The position numbers and the translations under genes were made by a program. A DNA stretch of 64,000 bases, taken from an uncultured bacterium (lineage in GTDB: Bacteria; Actinomycetota; Acidimicrobiia; Spongiisociales; UBA5794). The notes under the pieces are model-generated. The model was not told the origin of the DNA. It did not search any database and saw only the letters and a list, made by a program, of their open reading frames with translations. Positions 8,364 through 19,400 of the stretch are shown here, piece after piece (the first letter of the stretch is position 1; every line of letters starts with the position of its first letter). The DNA is taken from positions 192,001-256,000 of the forward strand of contig CAWDDT010000013.1 in assembly GCA_963801165.1 (NCBI GenBank), in the 5' to 3' direction.

Positions 8364-11015
8364 TCAGCCCGCCCCGGTGACGACCGACCCGTCGATGAGA
8401 CCGGTGGTGACGGTGTCGGCTTCGGCGGCGACATCCGGCGGCAGCGGGTAGTCCGGGTTGTACTCGATGACAATCCCGCCATTCGCCAGGGTCAATGTGT
8501 AGGTCTCACCTCCGAGGACGCCACTATCGAGCCCGCTGATGATCTGACGCAGGGCAACCTCCCAGTGGTAGACCTGCGATGCCACGACCAGGTCCGGGGC
8601 CAACTCCGTCTGGTTGGCCTGGTTTCCAAACCAAAGCGCGTCGTTCTCGGAGGCGACTCCCACAGCACCAACAACCATCTGGGCGCTTCCGGTGAGTACG
8701 TCGGCACCGGCGTCGACCTGGCCGGCGGCCGCTTCGGCGGCAAGCCCGAGATCGCTGAAGGAGCCGATATAGGTAGTGAGGACTGACACCTGGGGATTGG
8801 TGGCGACCACCCCGGCGGTGAACCCGTTGATGTACTGAGCGGCGTCGCCGACCTCCAGCGGTCCGACGACCCCGATGACGCCGCTCTTGGTGAGACGGGC
8901 TGCGATCGTGCCCATCAGGTACCCTCCCTCGTCGGCGGCCACGGCGTAGGCCGAGACGTTCGGCAGGTCGAAGGTGTCGGCAGCGGTCCCCCAGGCAAAT
9001 GCCACGTTGGGAAACTCAGGGGCGATCGCGGCCAGCGAAGGACCGTACTGAGAACCATGCGCAATCACGAGGTCGTAGCCTTCCGCCGCATACTTGCGGA
9101 TCGCAGCCTCAGCATCAGCTGTCACGAGCACTCCGTCGGAAATGTCGATCCCAACGTCCGCACGCTCGGAGGCGATGACCTGGGCAGCATCGACGATGCT
9201 CTGGGTGAAAGCGAGATCATCACGGGCACTCGGGGCGACGATCCCGATCCGGAAACTGGCGGTGGCGGCAGCCTGCACTGCATACCCGACCTCGAACTCG
9301 ACACGACGCTCGAGACCTGCGACCGATTGTGCCCCGGTGGACCCTGCCTCCCCCCGGGCGTCGACAGCGAGACGGTCGATCGGCACACCCCTGTCGACGA
9401 GGTAGTCACGGACGGACTCGGCGCGGGCGAGGCTGATCTGCACGTTCTCCTCGGTCGTCCCTGCAGAATCGGTGTACCCGACGAGGGTGACGATCGGCCC
9501 GTCATAGGACAAGATCGTGTCGGCCGCACCGTCGAGAATGCGTTCCTGCAGCGCATTGAGACCAGCCTGACCGCTCTCGAAGACGATGGGCGTCACTGCG
9601 GTGATCCGATCGAGCTCGGCGGCGAGTGCCGCCGCCCGATCGGTAGGCTCGGTGAGGTCGACGACCTGCGCAATCCCGTCGACCCCTCTCACCACGTCGA
9701 CCAGGTCGGCAGACCCCGCTTCCGGGGTCACTCCGGTGAGGGTCGCCACTCCGCCCGACACCGTCACGTTGACCTTGTCGAACCCGGCCGCGGTGATCGC
9801 GTCTAGTGCAGCGACACGCAGGTCATCGTCGAGCACCGCCACGGCCATCCCCGTGCCATCCACAGGGATGTCACCGGCCAGCGCCCCGGCTGCACCGACG
9901 ATTGCACTGCGATCCGCTTCCGTGCCAACCGTACCGGTGAGGTAGATCGTGCCGTCGCTCTCTGTCACCACGACATCCCCGAGACCGAGCCCGTCGACGA
10001 CCGCCTGGATCTGGGCGGCAACCGGAGTTGCGGTCGCCTCGGTGGCGATGGAGGTGCTCGCGCTGGTCCCCGGCGCGCCCTCGCCGCCGCTGTTGTAGAA
10101 GAACAAGAACCAGACGGCCGCGCCGATCGCAGCGAGAGCAACGAGCACGCCCAGGACGGGAAGCAGTCGCGAGGGCGTGGTGGGCGCATGCGGGCGCATT
10201 CGCTCGAGGTCCCGAAACGCCTCATGGCCAAGCTGTCGCTGCCGCTCCCTGATCCCAATCGGCGTGGCAGTCTCGGCGGCTTCCGGCTGCGAGATTGGCT
10301 CCGCAACCTCGTCCGGCACGGGCGCGCTATCGGGCTGCTGTTCCGGCACACCCCGACGAGCCCGGCTTGCAGCCAGGTCATCCTCCCGGGATCGGTACGG
10401 GAACTTCTCGGGAAGCAGCAGGCCCGGCTCGTCGATGTCCTGGTCCCCATGGTTCCCGCCCGCCGGTGGCGCCACCGCATCCGCCGGCGGCCTGTGCGTC
10501 TCGACCATGGGCGGTGCGGCGGGCGCAGGCTCCACGCCTCGAGATGCCGGTTTGACCTCGAAGGACGCAGGTTCCACGATCGGAGGCAAATCCTGCTCCG
10601 GTGGCAACGAGATGGGCGGCGGGGGCGGGGGTGGTGGCGGCTGAGGAGGAGCGACGGCGTCGGGAGGGGGGCCGAGGATGCGGGAGCGGAGCTGCTCCCC
10701 CAGCCATTTGGGTTCGTCATCGCCGGTCTGCGGCGGTGTCACGACCTGCGGTGCGGTTCGGGGCCGGTCTAGTTCGGAGCTGACCCTGCCTTTGAGGCGG
10801 GATAGCTCGGCTCGATTGGCGGTCAACTCGTCGAGTAGCACGTTGCGCTGCTGTTCGTCCTTGGTGCCACGAAGCAGGTCCCAGAGCTCATGCTGCCGCT
10901 CGGTGAGCGCGACCAGGCGTGCGACATCGTCGCCGGCGCCGGTATTGCCGATGCGCTCGTCAGCCACTCCGTCGTCCCTTTCGCAACGGTCTCGAGAGAC
11001 CTCGTGTCTTGTCAC
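8364..11015 (-). CDS. Fusion protein: N-terminal coiled coil and Pro-rich region, one TM helix, two BON domains, OmpA-like peptidoglycan-binding domain, BMP-family substrate-binding domain
   Basis: TM LLPVLGVLVALAAIGAAVWFLFF. BON-like DGTIYLTGTV and GGVATLTG. OmpA VGYTDSAG..ISLARAESVRDYL..RRVE. BMP DDLAFTQS, GYDLVIAHGSQY and EGGYLMGTIAA. The start is uncertain. Confidence 0.8.
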   Translation of the reverse strand: MTRHEVSRDRCERDDGVADERIGNTGAGDDVARLVALTERQHELWDLLRGTKDEQQRNVLLDELTANRAELSRLKGRVSSELDRPRTAPQVVTPPQTGDDEPKWLGEQLRSRILGPPPDAVAPPQPPPPPPPPPISLPPEQDLPPIVEPASFEVKPASRGVEPAPAAPPMVETHRPPADAVAPPAGGNHGDQDIDEPGLLLPEKFPYRSREDDLAASRARRGVPEQQPDSAPVPDEVAEPISQPEAAETATPIGIRERQRQLGHEAFRDLERMRPHAPTTPSRLLPVLGVLVALAAIGAAVWFLFFYNSGGEGAPGTSASTSIATEATATPVAAQIQAVVDGLGLGDVVVTESDGTIYLTGTVGTEADRSAIVGAAGALAGDIPVDGTGMAVAVLDDDLRVAALDAITAAGFDKVNVTVSGGVATLTGVTPEAGSADLVDVVRGVDGIAQVVDLTEPTDRAAALAAELDRITAVTPIVFESGQAGLNALQERILDGAADTILSYDGPIVTLVGYTDSAGTTEENVQISLARAESVRDYLVDRGVPIDRLAVDARGEAGSTGAQSVAGLERRVEFEVGYAVQAAATASFRIGIVAPSARDDLAFTQSIVDAAQVIASERADVGIDISDGVLVTADAEAAIRKYAAEGYDLVIAHGSQYGPSLAAIAPEFPNVAFAWGTAADTFDLPNVSAYAVAADEGGYLMGTIAARLTKSGVIGVVGPLEVGDAAQYINGFTAGVVATNPQVSVLTTYIGSFSDLGLAAEAAAGQVDAGADVLTGSAQMVVGAVGVASENDALWFGNQANQTELAPDLVVASQVYHWEVALRQIISGLDSGVLGGETYTLTLANGGIVIEYNPDYPLPPDVAAEADTVTTGLIDGSVVTGAG

Positions 11016-11146
11016 CTACCGGTCGACCCCGGCTCGCGCACACGACGTGCGGGATCGATAGCGTCACGCGTTTCGCCGCGGACGTCAAGGCGGGCCGCCC
11101 TGGTCAGGACGGACACTATTGTCGCAGCCGGCACTAGGAGACGCGT

Positions 11147-11458
11147 TTGACCCCGGATGAAGCCGTTACCCAACTCACTGAAGCGTTCATCAGGAACATG
11201 ACCGTGACCGAACGCGACCCGTGGGAATTCTTCGACTGGTCGTACAACACGTGGGGCTTTCAGCAGGTGCGCGCGCTCCGAGCCAGCCTCCGGAACATTC
11301 TCGCCCAGGAGAGCCCGACGCCCCAGCATGTCGAGCAGGCAGTGCGGGTCACCTGTGCCGTGTTCGCTACAACGGGGGTTCCCTTCAACGAGAACGCCCA
11401 CGGTCTCGGCGAAGCGAGTGCCGAGGTGTTTCGCAGCGCGCTACGGGCGATCGTCTAG
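11147..11458 (+). CDS. Hypothetical protein (103 aa)
   Basis: RBS AGGAG before a TTG start, protein-like composition, and it fills an intergenic gap. Confidence 0.65.
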   Translation: MTPDEAVTQLTEAFIRNMTVTERDPWEFFDWSYNTWGFQQVRALRASLRNILAQESPTPQHVEQAVRVTCAVFATTGVPFNENAHGLGEASAEVFRSALRAIV

Positions 11459-11589
11459 TCAAGAACCCGCTATCCGGCAGACCCTTTGGCTCGCCTGTCC
11501 GGGGACAATTGTCCGGGCGGCCCAACCACGCCCCGGAATACCGTAGAATTGTGGAGGGTTCACATAGACCCTGACTAAGGATCTAAGCA

Positions 11590-12609
11590 ATGAGCAACGC
11601 AATCATCGAGGTCGTAGAGCTCGGTTTCCCCTGGATTGGCCTCGATCCGTTCATCATGACGGTGCATCACGTCGACCACTACCCGGCCGGCAACAACGCT
11701 CAGGGACCGGCTGCATCGCTCGACGAGCGCAACATCGGCTCCGACTTCTCATATCGCGACGGATGGTCGATGTACCACGGCGACATCGTGCCCGGGTTCC
11801 CGCAGCACCCGCATCGCGGCTTCGAAACCGTGACCGTCGTCAGACGTGGATATGTCGATCATTCCGACTCGCTGGGAGCGACGGCCAGATACGGCGGCGG
11901 CGACGTGCAATGGCTCACCACCGGATCGGGCATCCAGCATTCCGAGATGTTCCCATTGATCGACGAGCACGGGCCCAACCCGCTCGAATTGTTCCAGATC
12001 TGGTTGAACCTACCGCCCGAGTCAAAGATGGTGCCGGCCTACTTCTCGATGCTGTGGAGCGAGGACATCCCCACCATCGCCGGCGGACCCGGCGTCCGCG
12101 TCGATGTGATGGCAGGCGAGATCGACGGGATCCGGTCCCCTGCACCGCCGCCCGATTCATGGGCGTCCCGCCCCGGCTCGCACCTCGGGATTTGGCTGAT
12201 CCGGCTCGATCCTGGTTCCCGCTGGGCACTTCCCTCTGCCCCGGCGACGGTGAACCGGATGCTGCACTGCATCGCCGGTGACGATGTGCGCATCGCGGGG
12301 ACTGTTATCACCGACGGCGTCGGCGTCCAGGTGGCGGCCGACACCCCAACCGTGCTCGACAACCACGGGTCGCCCGCCGAATTCCTGTTACTGCAGGGTG
12401 AGCCTATCAACGCGCCGGTTTTTCAGATGGGTCCGTTCGTCATGAACACGCCGGACGAACTGCGGCAGGCATTTGCCGACTACAACAGGACCGGGTTCGG
12501 TGGCTGGACATGGTCATCGCGCAGTCCGGTGCATGCCCGCAGCGACGGCCGCTTCGCCCTGCACGCCGACGGCAAGGTCGAGCATCGGGACATGCAAACG
12601 ACCAGCTGA
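11590..12609 (+). CDS. Pirin family protein
   Basis: GFPQHPHRGFETVT, DVQWLTTGSGIQHSE, FQIWLNLP and GPFVMNT. Confidence 0.93.
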   Translation: MSNAIIEVVELGFPWIGLDPFIMTVHHVDHYPAGNNAQGPAASLDERNIGSDFSYRDGWSMYHGDIVPGFPQHPHRGFETVTVVRRGYVDHSDSLGATARYGGGDVQWLTTGSGIQHSEMFPLIDEHGPNPLELFQIWLNLPPESKMVPAYFSMLWSEDIPTIAGGPGVRVDVMAGEIDGIRSPAPPPDSWASRPGSHLGIWLIRLDPGSRWALPSAPATVNRMLHCIAGDDVRIAGTVITDGVGVQVAADTPTVLDNHGSPAEFLLLQGEPINAPVFQMGPFVMNTPDELRQAFADYNRTGFGGWTWSSRSPVHARSDGRFALHADGKVEHRDMQTTS

Positions 12610-12653
12610 ACCGAGCCGACCATCACAAGGCGGCTCTCCCGCTCGATGCTTGC

Positions 12654-15005
12654 TCAGCCGGTGGGTTGACTCAGCAGCGCCCGATACAGGAACGCTGACA
12701 TCTGTGCTCTGGTCACGGGTGCGTCGGGACAGAAGTGGTCATTGGCGGGCGGGTTGCAGCCCAGCGTCACGCCGGCTTCAGCCAGGCGGTCGATGTCGTC
12801 CCGGAACACCGAGTCGTCGTCATCGGTGAACCGATCGGAGCCGGATCCCTCCGTGTAATTGAAGGCCCGCACCAGGAACGCAGCCATCTGACCGCGAGTG
12901 ACGATTTCGTCGGGACAGAACTCATCATTCGCCGGAGGATTGCACCCCTTGGTGACGCCGGCAGAGCCCAGCCACTCGATATCTGCGACAAACACCGAAG
13001 CTGCAATGTCTTTGAAGCTGACGGGTCGAGCCGCATTCAGCACGTCTGCAAGCGCCCGGTGCAAGAACGCGGCCATCTGCCCCCTCGTCACAGGGGCGTT
13101 GGGGCAGAACTTGTCATTGGCGGGCGGGTTGCAGCCCTTGGTGATCCCTTCGAAGGCCAGCCACTCGACGTTCACGAAGAACGTATCACCGAGAGGCACG
13201 TCATCGAAGGAAGGGGCCACCGGGATCTCGAACGCATCGAGCACCTCGATCGTCATCATGGCGGTGTCGGTGGCGAGACCATCGCTCACAGAGACGGTCA
13301 ATCCGTACGAGGGCTTCGTCTCGAAGTCGAGCGACCGTGCCACCTCGATCGACCCGTCCGATCCGATGGCGAAGTCACCCGACGGGTCACCCGCCGTGAT
13401 CGACAAATCGAGCGGCGTTCCATCTGGATCCGACGCATCGACGGTCCCGACACTGTCACCGATGGCCGCGTCTTCAGCAATCGACAACGATCCGTCGGCG
13501 ATCTCGGGAGCCCGGTTGCAGCGAGCCGGAACCGCAGTCATCCACGGCGTGAAATCAACGTCGGTGCTCACCGTATCGCCGGACCCCGGACCTTCCCCGG
13601 ACGGCCCGTCCGCGCTGCCCCACCAGTTGTCTTCAAAGACCGTGACGCTACCCGTGTCATTCACTAGACCGGCCTTGTTGTCCACCACGCAGTTGCCCGT
13701 GGACCCGGCGTCGAAGCGGACGTTGTCGAGAAGGTAGATACCACGGTTGTTGGAGTTGAGCACGTCGTTGCCGGCGACCACGTGCGATCCCGAACCGCGC
13801 AGAGCGATTGCGGTGTTGTTGCCGAAGTCGCCGTTGCGCTCGTTATCGGCGCCGAGAATGTTTCCGGAGATGAGAACGCTCGCAGTGGTTGCCGACCCGC
13901 TTACATCTATTCCGGTGCCGGAGGCAGCGATGGTGTTGTCGCGGATCTCGAGACCGGTGTTGGCAGACCCGACGTCGGTCATTTGCACTGCGATCCCGAC
14001 GCCAAATGCCTCACCGTCCGGGGTGATCCCGAAGCTATTGCCCACGACCCGATTACCGGTACCGGTGTCGGCCTGGATAAACACGCTCTTGTTGCTGCCG
14101 AAGTAGTTGCGCTCGATATCGTCAGAGACACTGTCCTGATTGCTCCCAATCAGATTGTCGGACGACGACTGCTTGACGTAGATGCGGCCCGAGTCCACGA
14201 CGGTCGCTCCGTCGGCGCCGATCCCGAACAAGTTGCCGGCGATAACGTTGCCGTCGTTGTCGTTGATGTAAACGGCGTTGCCACCCTCCCCGAAGACGTT
14301 CCGCTCGCCGACGTCGTTCGATCCGTCACCATCGGTACCGACCGTGACTCCTACCGCCGTGCCCTCGATTGACACCTGCGACGAGAAGGCGTCGACACCG
14401 AGCGGATCGATCCCGGCCGCGTCGAGACCGAAATGGCTGCACTCGATCGAGTGCGATCCCGCCAGTACCTTCACCGCTGCGGTGGAGCCGACCGCGTTGT
14501 CCGTGCCAAACGAAAACCCGCGGATCGTCGACGATCCCGATGCGTGGTTGAGCTCGAATACAGTGGCGCCGTCGGCGTCGGCGCTGCTGGACACAAGTTC
14601 GATGCGCATATACGAGGGTTCGGAAGGGGTCGCACAAACGTTCGCTCGGGAGCCGCCGTTCTGAGGCTGTGTCGTGCCGTCAACGGTGACCGACTGGGTC
14701 ACCGCAATGGGGCCCTCGGTCAGGTCCATCCGGCACACGCCACCCGGACAGGAGCCGGAGGGAATGTCGAAGTCGATGACGTCTGCAGTGCCCGTCACAT
14801 TGGCCGCGGAGATGGCACCGCGCAGGCTGCAGTCCCCGGCAGCCCCGGTACATGCGGACAGCGCGGCATCGTCAGAAACGGTGTCGACCACGAACGTCTC
14901 GGCCGCCGCGGCCGGAGTGGCGCGAACACTGATGACCGCGAGACTTGCAATGAGCGCCAGCACCGCAAGCGCGCCAAACGAGATCCGACCAACCGTTGAA
15001 GACAT
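12654..15005 (-). CDS. Secreted surface protein: CSLREA-type N-terminus, beta-helix region, cadherin-like domain, C-terminal SLH repeats (paralog 1)
   Basis: Signal peptide, CTGAAGDCSLRGAI, GN-rich beta-helix, cadherin motifs (IAED...DASDPD...LDFETKPSY) and three GCNPP..FCP...VTRGQMAAFL repeats. Confidence 0.85.
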   Translation of the reverse strand: MSSTVGRISFGALAVLALIASLAVISVRATPAAAAETFVVDTVSDDAALSACTGAAGDCSLRGAISAANVTGTADVIDFDIPSGSCPGGVCRMDLTEGPIAVTQSVTVDGTTQPQNGGSRANVCATPSEPSYMRIELVSSSADADGATVFELNHASGSSTIRGFSFGTDNAVGSTAAVKVLAGSHSIECSHFGLDAAGIDPLGVDAFSSQVSIEGTAVGVTVGTDGDGSNDVGERNVFGEGGNAVYINDNDGNVIAGNLFGIGADGATVVDSGRIYVKQSSSDNLIGSNQDSVSDDIERNYFGSNKSVFIQADTGTGNRVVGNSFGITPDGEAFGVGIAVQMTDVGSANTGLEIRDNTIAASGTGIDVSGSATTASVLISGNILGADNERNGDFGNNTAIALRGSGSHVVAGNDVLNSNNRGIYLLDNVRFDAGSTGNCVVDNKAGLVNDTGSVTVFEDNWWGSADGPSGEGPGSGDTVSTDVDFTPWMTAVPARCNRAPEIADGSLSIAEDAAIGDSVGTVDASDPDGTPLDLSITAGDPSGDFAIGSDGSIEVARSLDFETKPSYGLTVSVSDGLATDTAMMTIEVLDAFEIPVAPSFDDVPLGDTFFVNVEWLAFEGITKGCNPPANDKFCPNAPVTRGQMAAFLHRALADVLNAARPVSFKDIAASVFVADIEWLGSAGVTKGCNPPANDEFCPDEIVTRGQMAAFLVRAFNYTEGSGSDRFTDDDDSVFRDDIDRLAEAGVTLGCNPPANDHFCPDAPVTRAQMSAFLYRALLSQPTG

Positions 15006-15397
15006 TTCTCCCCTGCCTCTCCCTGCTATGTCGTGAAACCTAGCCGACGCGCGCGTGTGATTGCGACACTTTTCGGTCCGACCCTGCCCCGTCGGTAAGA
15101 TGCTGATCACCGAAGTGGGAACTGCCCGGCGGCGAGGCCCCACTTGTGGCCCGTATCACCGGCTGCAGTCTGATCTGTTCCAGGACGTGGCAAATCGTGT
15201 CGGCGTGGGTGACCTCAATGGGTGTGAGCGTTCGGTTTGAGTTGGGAATGATTTCGCGTTCTACTGGGACAACGTGGCATCGAGCGCGTTGATCGGGTCG
15301 ATCCGCTGGGAGCTACCCCGGGTGGGCTGCTGGTCGCAATCGAGCGGCGGGTTCCATGCGAGCCGGCCTCGCCGTGCGAGCGTTGCCGACGGTGCGA

Positions 15398-15631
15398 CTA
15401 CTCGATCCGTCCAGGGGCGCCCAGAAGGGCCGTCGCGACCCCGGCAATCCCGCCGGCAATTGCGCCAACGAAAGCACCGTTCACGCCGATTCCGATGAAC
15501 CACATGACCGCAACGGCGATGAGGGCGGAAATGGCTCCGAGCGCTGCACCCAGGACTGCGATGGCCGCAGTAGAGCTCTCGACCGTGTAGATCTCTGTCA
15601 CCTCACCCGTCGAACGTGCAAATACGTCCAT
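15398..15631 (-). CDS. Small membrane protein (two hydrophobic, Gly-rich segments)
   Basis: MDVFARSTGEV...IAVLGAALGAISALIAVAVMWFIGIGVNGAFVGAIAGGIAGV. Confidence 0.5.
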   Translation of the reverse strand: MDVFARSTGEVTEIYTVESSTAAIAVLGAALGAISALIAVAVMWFIGIGVNGAFVGAIAGGIAGVATALLGAPGRIE

Positions 15632-15823
15632 GAGATCATTGTCCCCCGGCACCCTCTGGAGGGCTAGCAACAACCTGCTCGGCGCCGCGACCCCGGGGTC
15701 CCGATTTGCCACTACCAAACGGCCCGAATGCGGATTTTTGTAGAAAAGAACTCGTGGAATCGTCGACTAGTGAGAAGCCGCTTCACGTTGTGTGACAGGC
15801 GATTTAGGTGTCTTCAGCCGGGC

Positions 15824-16315
15824 TCAGCGGCGTGGGCCATGGCCCTGGCCAGAAATGACCACTTCTGCGTCCGCAGCCACCCGCTGGTCTCCGCCGGGTC
15901 GGTGCGAGTCGTTGATGCCGGCGAACCAATAGCCACCGCCGATGCTGGCCATTAGCAGCAGGGCAGCGCCCACCCACGCAAGACCGTGTTCCCCGCGCCG
16001 GCTTGTGCCGGCCCGGTTGGGAGCGCCGCCGACTACCCGGAAGGAACGGGCGACGCCTCTCCGGTTCAAGAGAACGTGCGCCATCGTGAGCACGAGCATG
16101 GCGATGCTGGACCAGACGTGGAGACTGAGCCATGATGCCCGCGTCATCCCGAGCAACGTCGCACCGCCGCCGCGTTCCAACCAGTAGTACGGCAATAGGG
16201 CCGTCATCGCAGCCCACGTCCAGCCGATCGGCATTGTCGCCGAGATGATCGACCTGATCACTAGTCGGTGTCGCGGCCACTTGTTTTGCGTCACGTTGTT
16301 GTTGTCTACCGTCAT
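15824..16315 (-). CDS. DUF4405-like membrane protein
   Basis: LLGMTRASWLSLHVWSSIAMLVLTMAHVLLN, with two His in a TM helix, and three TM segments. Confidence 0.7.
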   Translation of the reverse strand: MTVDNNNVTQNKWPRHRLVIRSIISATMPIGWTWAAMTALLPYYWLERGGGATLLGMTRASWLSLHVWSSIAMLVLTMAHVLLNRRGVARSFRVVGGAPNRAGTSRRGEHGLAWVGAALLLMASIGGGYWFAGINDSHRPGGDQRVAADAEVVISGQGHGPRR

Positions 16316-16404
16316 GAGGATTCCTTCTGGTGCTCCCGCGACGGTGCCACAACAGTGTTTCGTTTCCGTGAAGATGGGATCGCGTTTTCGTGTCGTATCG
16401 CCGA

Positions 16405-19400
16405 CTACAGCGATATCTCCTCGGCGTACACGAGCCGGCGCTCGGCTTGTCTGGGCCCCTCCTCACCCAGATCAGCCGGATCGCCGAGCAGGATCTCCCA
16501 CTCCTCGATGGCGACCCGCCATTTCTTGTTCTCGCCCGGCTTTCTGAGCTTGATGTTCACCGGTGACGCCAGCTCGCCCACCCACGCGGCCTCGGCGATG
16601 GTCTTGCCCGCACCGCGCAATCGCAGCTCAACGGTATCGACTGTGTCCCAGCCGAGGTCCGTCGGAATGTTGGGATCGACGCGTTGCAGCCGGGCGACGA
16701 CGCGGCGGTTGCGGCGCACCGCTTCCTCGGCGATAGCGGGCGGGGGCGGGAACGGTTCGTCGCCGCCGCCGCCTCGCGTCCCGACGGGTCCGCTGACAAC
16801 GACCCGAACGTGACGTATGTCAGTCCGGGACACGCTGGCGGTGCGCTCGGGGAGCAGCTGCACGAAATCGCACTTGACCGGCTGGGACAGGTGGCATCCG
16901 TTGACGCTGTCCGGCTGATACCGGGCGACGGCAAGGCGGACAAACGGCCAGAACTCGTCACCGGGATCGATGGCAATGTCGACATACCAGAGCCCTCGCT
17001 CCTCGTTGTACTGCGGCTCGTATCCGAGGACGGTCACCCGTGGCGCCCCGGGCACGGCGTCGTAGCTCATCGTCACCGGTGGGGCGACCGGTCGCGCATC
17101 ACCGGGCCGATTGTCGAGACCCAGCGTCGCCATCAGGTTGTCGAATTGGAGGAGCATCCCCCGGCGCGCCACCTCGCTGCTCCGCCATATCGGGTCGGCA
17201 CCCCACTGGCTGACGAAGTTCTCGAGACCGGTGTCGAGCCCGCCGGGGGCGAGCAGGACTCCGAGCAGCTCACCTCCGCCCGAGGAGTACCAGGGCCGCT
17301 CCAGGTAGATGCGTACCCCGGCCTGGCGGCGGGAACGGAGGGCGACCGGTTGCTCAGGCTCGGTGCCCACGTTCCAGCGTAGGAGTGGCAGCACCGAGTG
17401 GACGATGGGTGCCGCCGGCTTTGCCGAGCTGGGTACCGAGATGGCTACCTCGGGACCGAGCAGACTCTGCCCGTCGTCGCCAGGGGTCGCCGGGTCCGCA
17501 GCGAGATCACCGGTATCGAAGTACTCGCGGTACCGGGTCGCGGCCCGGAATCGATATGTCACGTTGCGGTGTTTGGTGTCGCCCCACTTGTGGACGGCGC
17601 GGTGGAGCCAGACCGGCCCGAAACCGGGCACCTCGACCCGGCTGTCGACCGGCCAGCCGGCAGCGAGGACGGCGAGATCCTCCTCGGGACGGATGACGGT
17701 GGTGAACCCAACGCCTGCGACGTCGGCGGCTTCGGGCACCGGCACACTGAGATCGTCGGTGTACTCGGTCCAGGATGCCTCGGCGGTGAGCATCTCGGTG
17801 CTGGGACCGTGCACGTCGATCGCTCCGGTGAGCGAGGAATCGGTTGAACCGGCCACCCGGAACGCCTCGAGCACCGTCGGCTTCGGGACTTCCAGCGGCC
17901 GGGGCACGGCATGGACGAGGGTCACGCTGTCGAATGGGGTGAGTATCCACAGCCAGCCGTCCGCAGCCGCCTCGGCGACGTCCGCGTTGGTACGGATCAC
18001 CTCGGGCAGCGACCTCCAGAACCCGAGCAGGTCGAGATCCTCCCTGCGCAGCGACGACGAGAGCCGGAACCGTTGCACGTCGCCGGCCGGCAGACCGACG
18101 TGCAACGCATGCCCGGTGAGCTCGCCCCGAAGATCGGTCGTGCCCTCCAGCACCAACCGGAACGCGGTCCGCTCCGGCCAGGTACCGCCGTAGCGGGCGG
18201 TGAAGCCCTCGGTTCCGAACGGGAATATCAGCTGCCGGTCGCGGCCCGCGTCCGGGAACACAAGCGAGATGCCGCGGGCAAGCGGGTCGGGTAGATAAGG
18301 AACCCGGATCTGATCGACGTCGTGGACAACGTACTGGCCCGGTGCGGGTGGCTCCCCCGCCGGCAAAGGCAGGGTCTTGAACGTCGAGGGCGGGACGCCG
18401 GGATCGGCGACAAGGGCGACACCCGGCTGCGGATCGCGCACGTTCGGGTCGTCGAGCCGGGGCACGTCGACATCAAACAGCGTTCCGGCCTCACGTACGG
18501 CTATCGCCAGGAGCTTCTTGTGGTCCGCGGGGTCGGTCGATCCGATCGCCTTGTCGAAGGCACCGTGCAGCTCCGACTCGGACTGGCTCGTCTTTGGGGG
18601 AACGAGATGGCGTTCTGCCCGTCCCCGATACATGTGCCCGGGGTGGTCCGCCGCATACTGGTCGGGCGGGATAACGGTGACCTCCAGGGTCTCCGGGTCC
18701 TGGACGACCCCGGAGCGGATTACGAGCTGGAGCAGCGACTCGCCGGGAGAATTGGCGTGCCGGGCAACCACGGCCGGCGGCTGTACGGGCTCCCAGCGCA
18801 GGAAGGGACGCAGCTCGGTGACTGCCAGCGTGTCTTTTGGGGTCAGCTCGGGCACAATATCGATGGCGCCGGCGATGACTGCCGGATCGACCCGGACCGG
18901 CTCGACCAGGAGGGGTGTGTCGACGTCGAGGATCATCTCCTCGAATGCCCTACCGACAAGCGTCGCCCGACCGATGTCTGCGATCTGCTCGGCGCGGCCC
19001 ATCCGTGTTGTGGCTACGGCCCGCCTATCCCGCAGCCGGGTGAATACGGCGGCGTCGACATTCCGGCTGCCGGTGAGTGGGGCATCCCCCGTTGGGTCGG
19101 GCTGGTCACCTGCGACCGTGCGGTTGCGGCGGGTCATGACCGAGCTGGTCACCTGGTTGCGGAGCTCGGTGGCGAAACCAGGTGGGCCACTGCGGCCACG
19201 GGGGTTGAGAACTGCAGCGGCCACCTGGTTTATGAAGGGCTGCGGTGGGGTGGGAGGGTTCATGTCGTGTCGCCTACTGTTGCCGGCGAGATCGACACCC
19301 CACACACGGAACGCATAAGAGCGTCCATACCGCAGCCGGGGCAATGTGCCGGGCTCCACCCGGGAGTGCAGCACGATCGGCGTCACCGGATCGGGGTCGG

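Noticed and set aside
11503-11514. 12-bp palindrome GGACAATTGTCC upstream of the pirin gene
   Set aside because: It is short, occurs once and has no adjacent regulator, so it could be chance.
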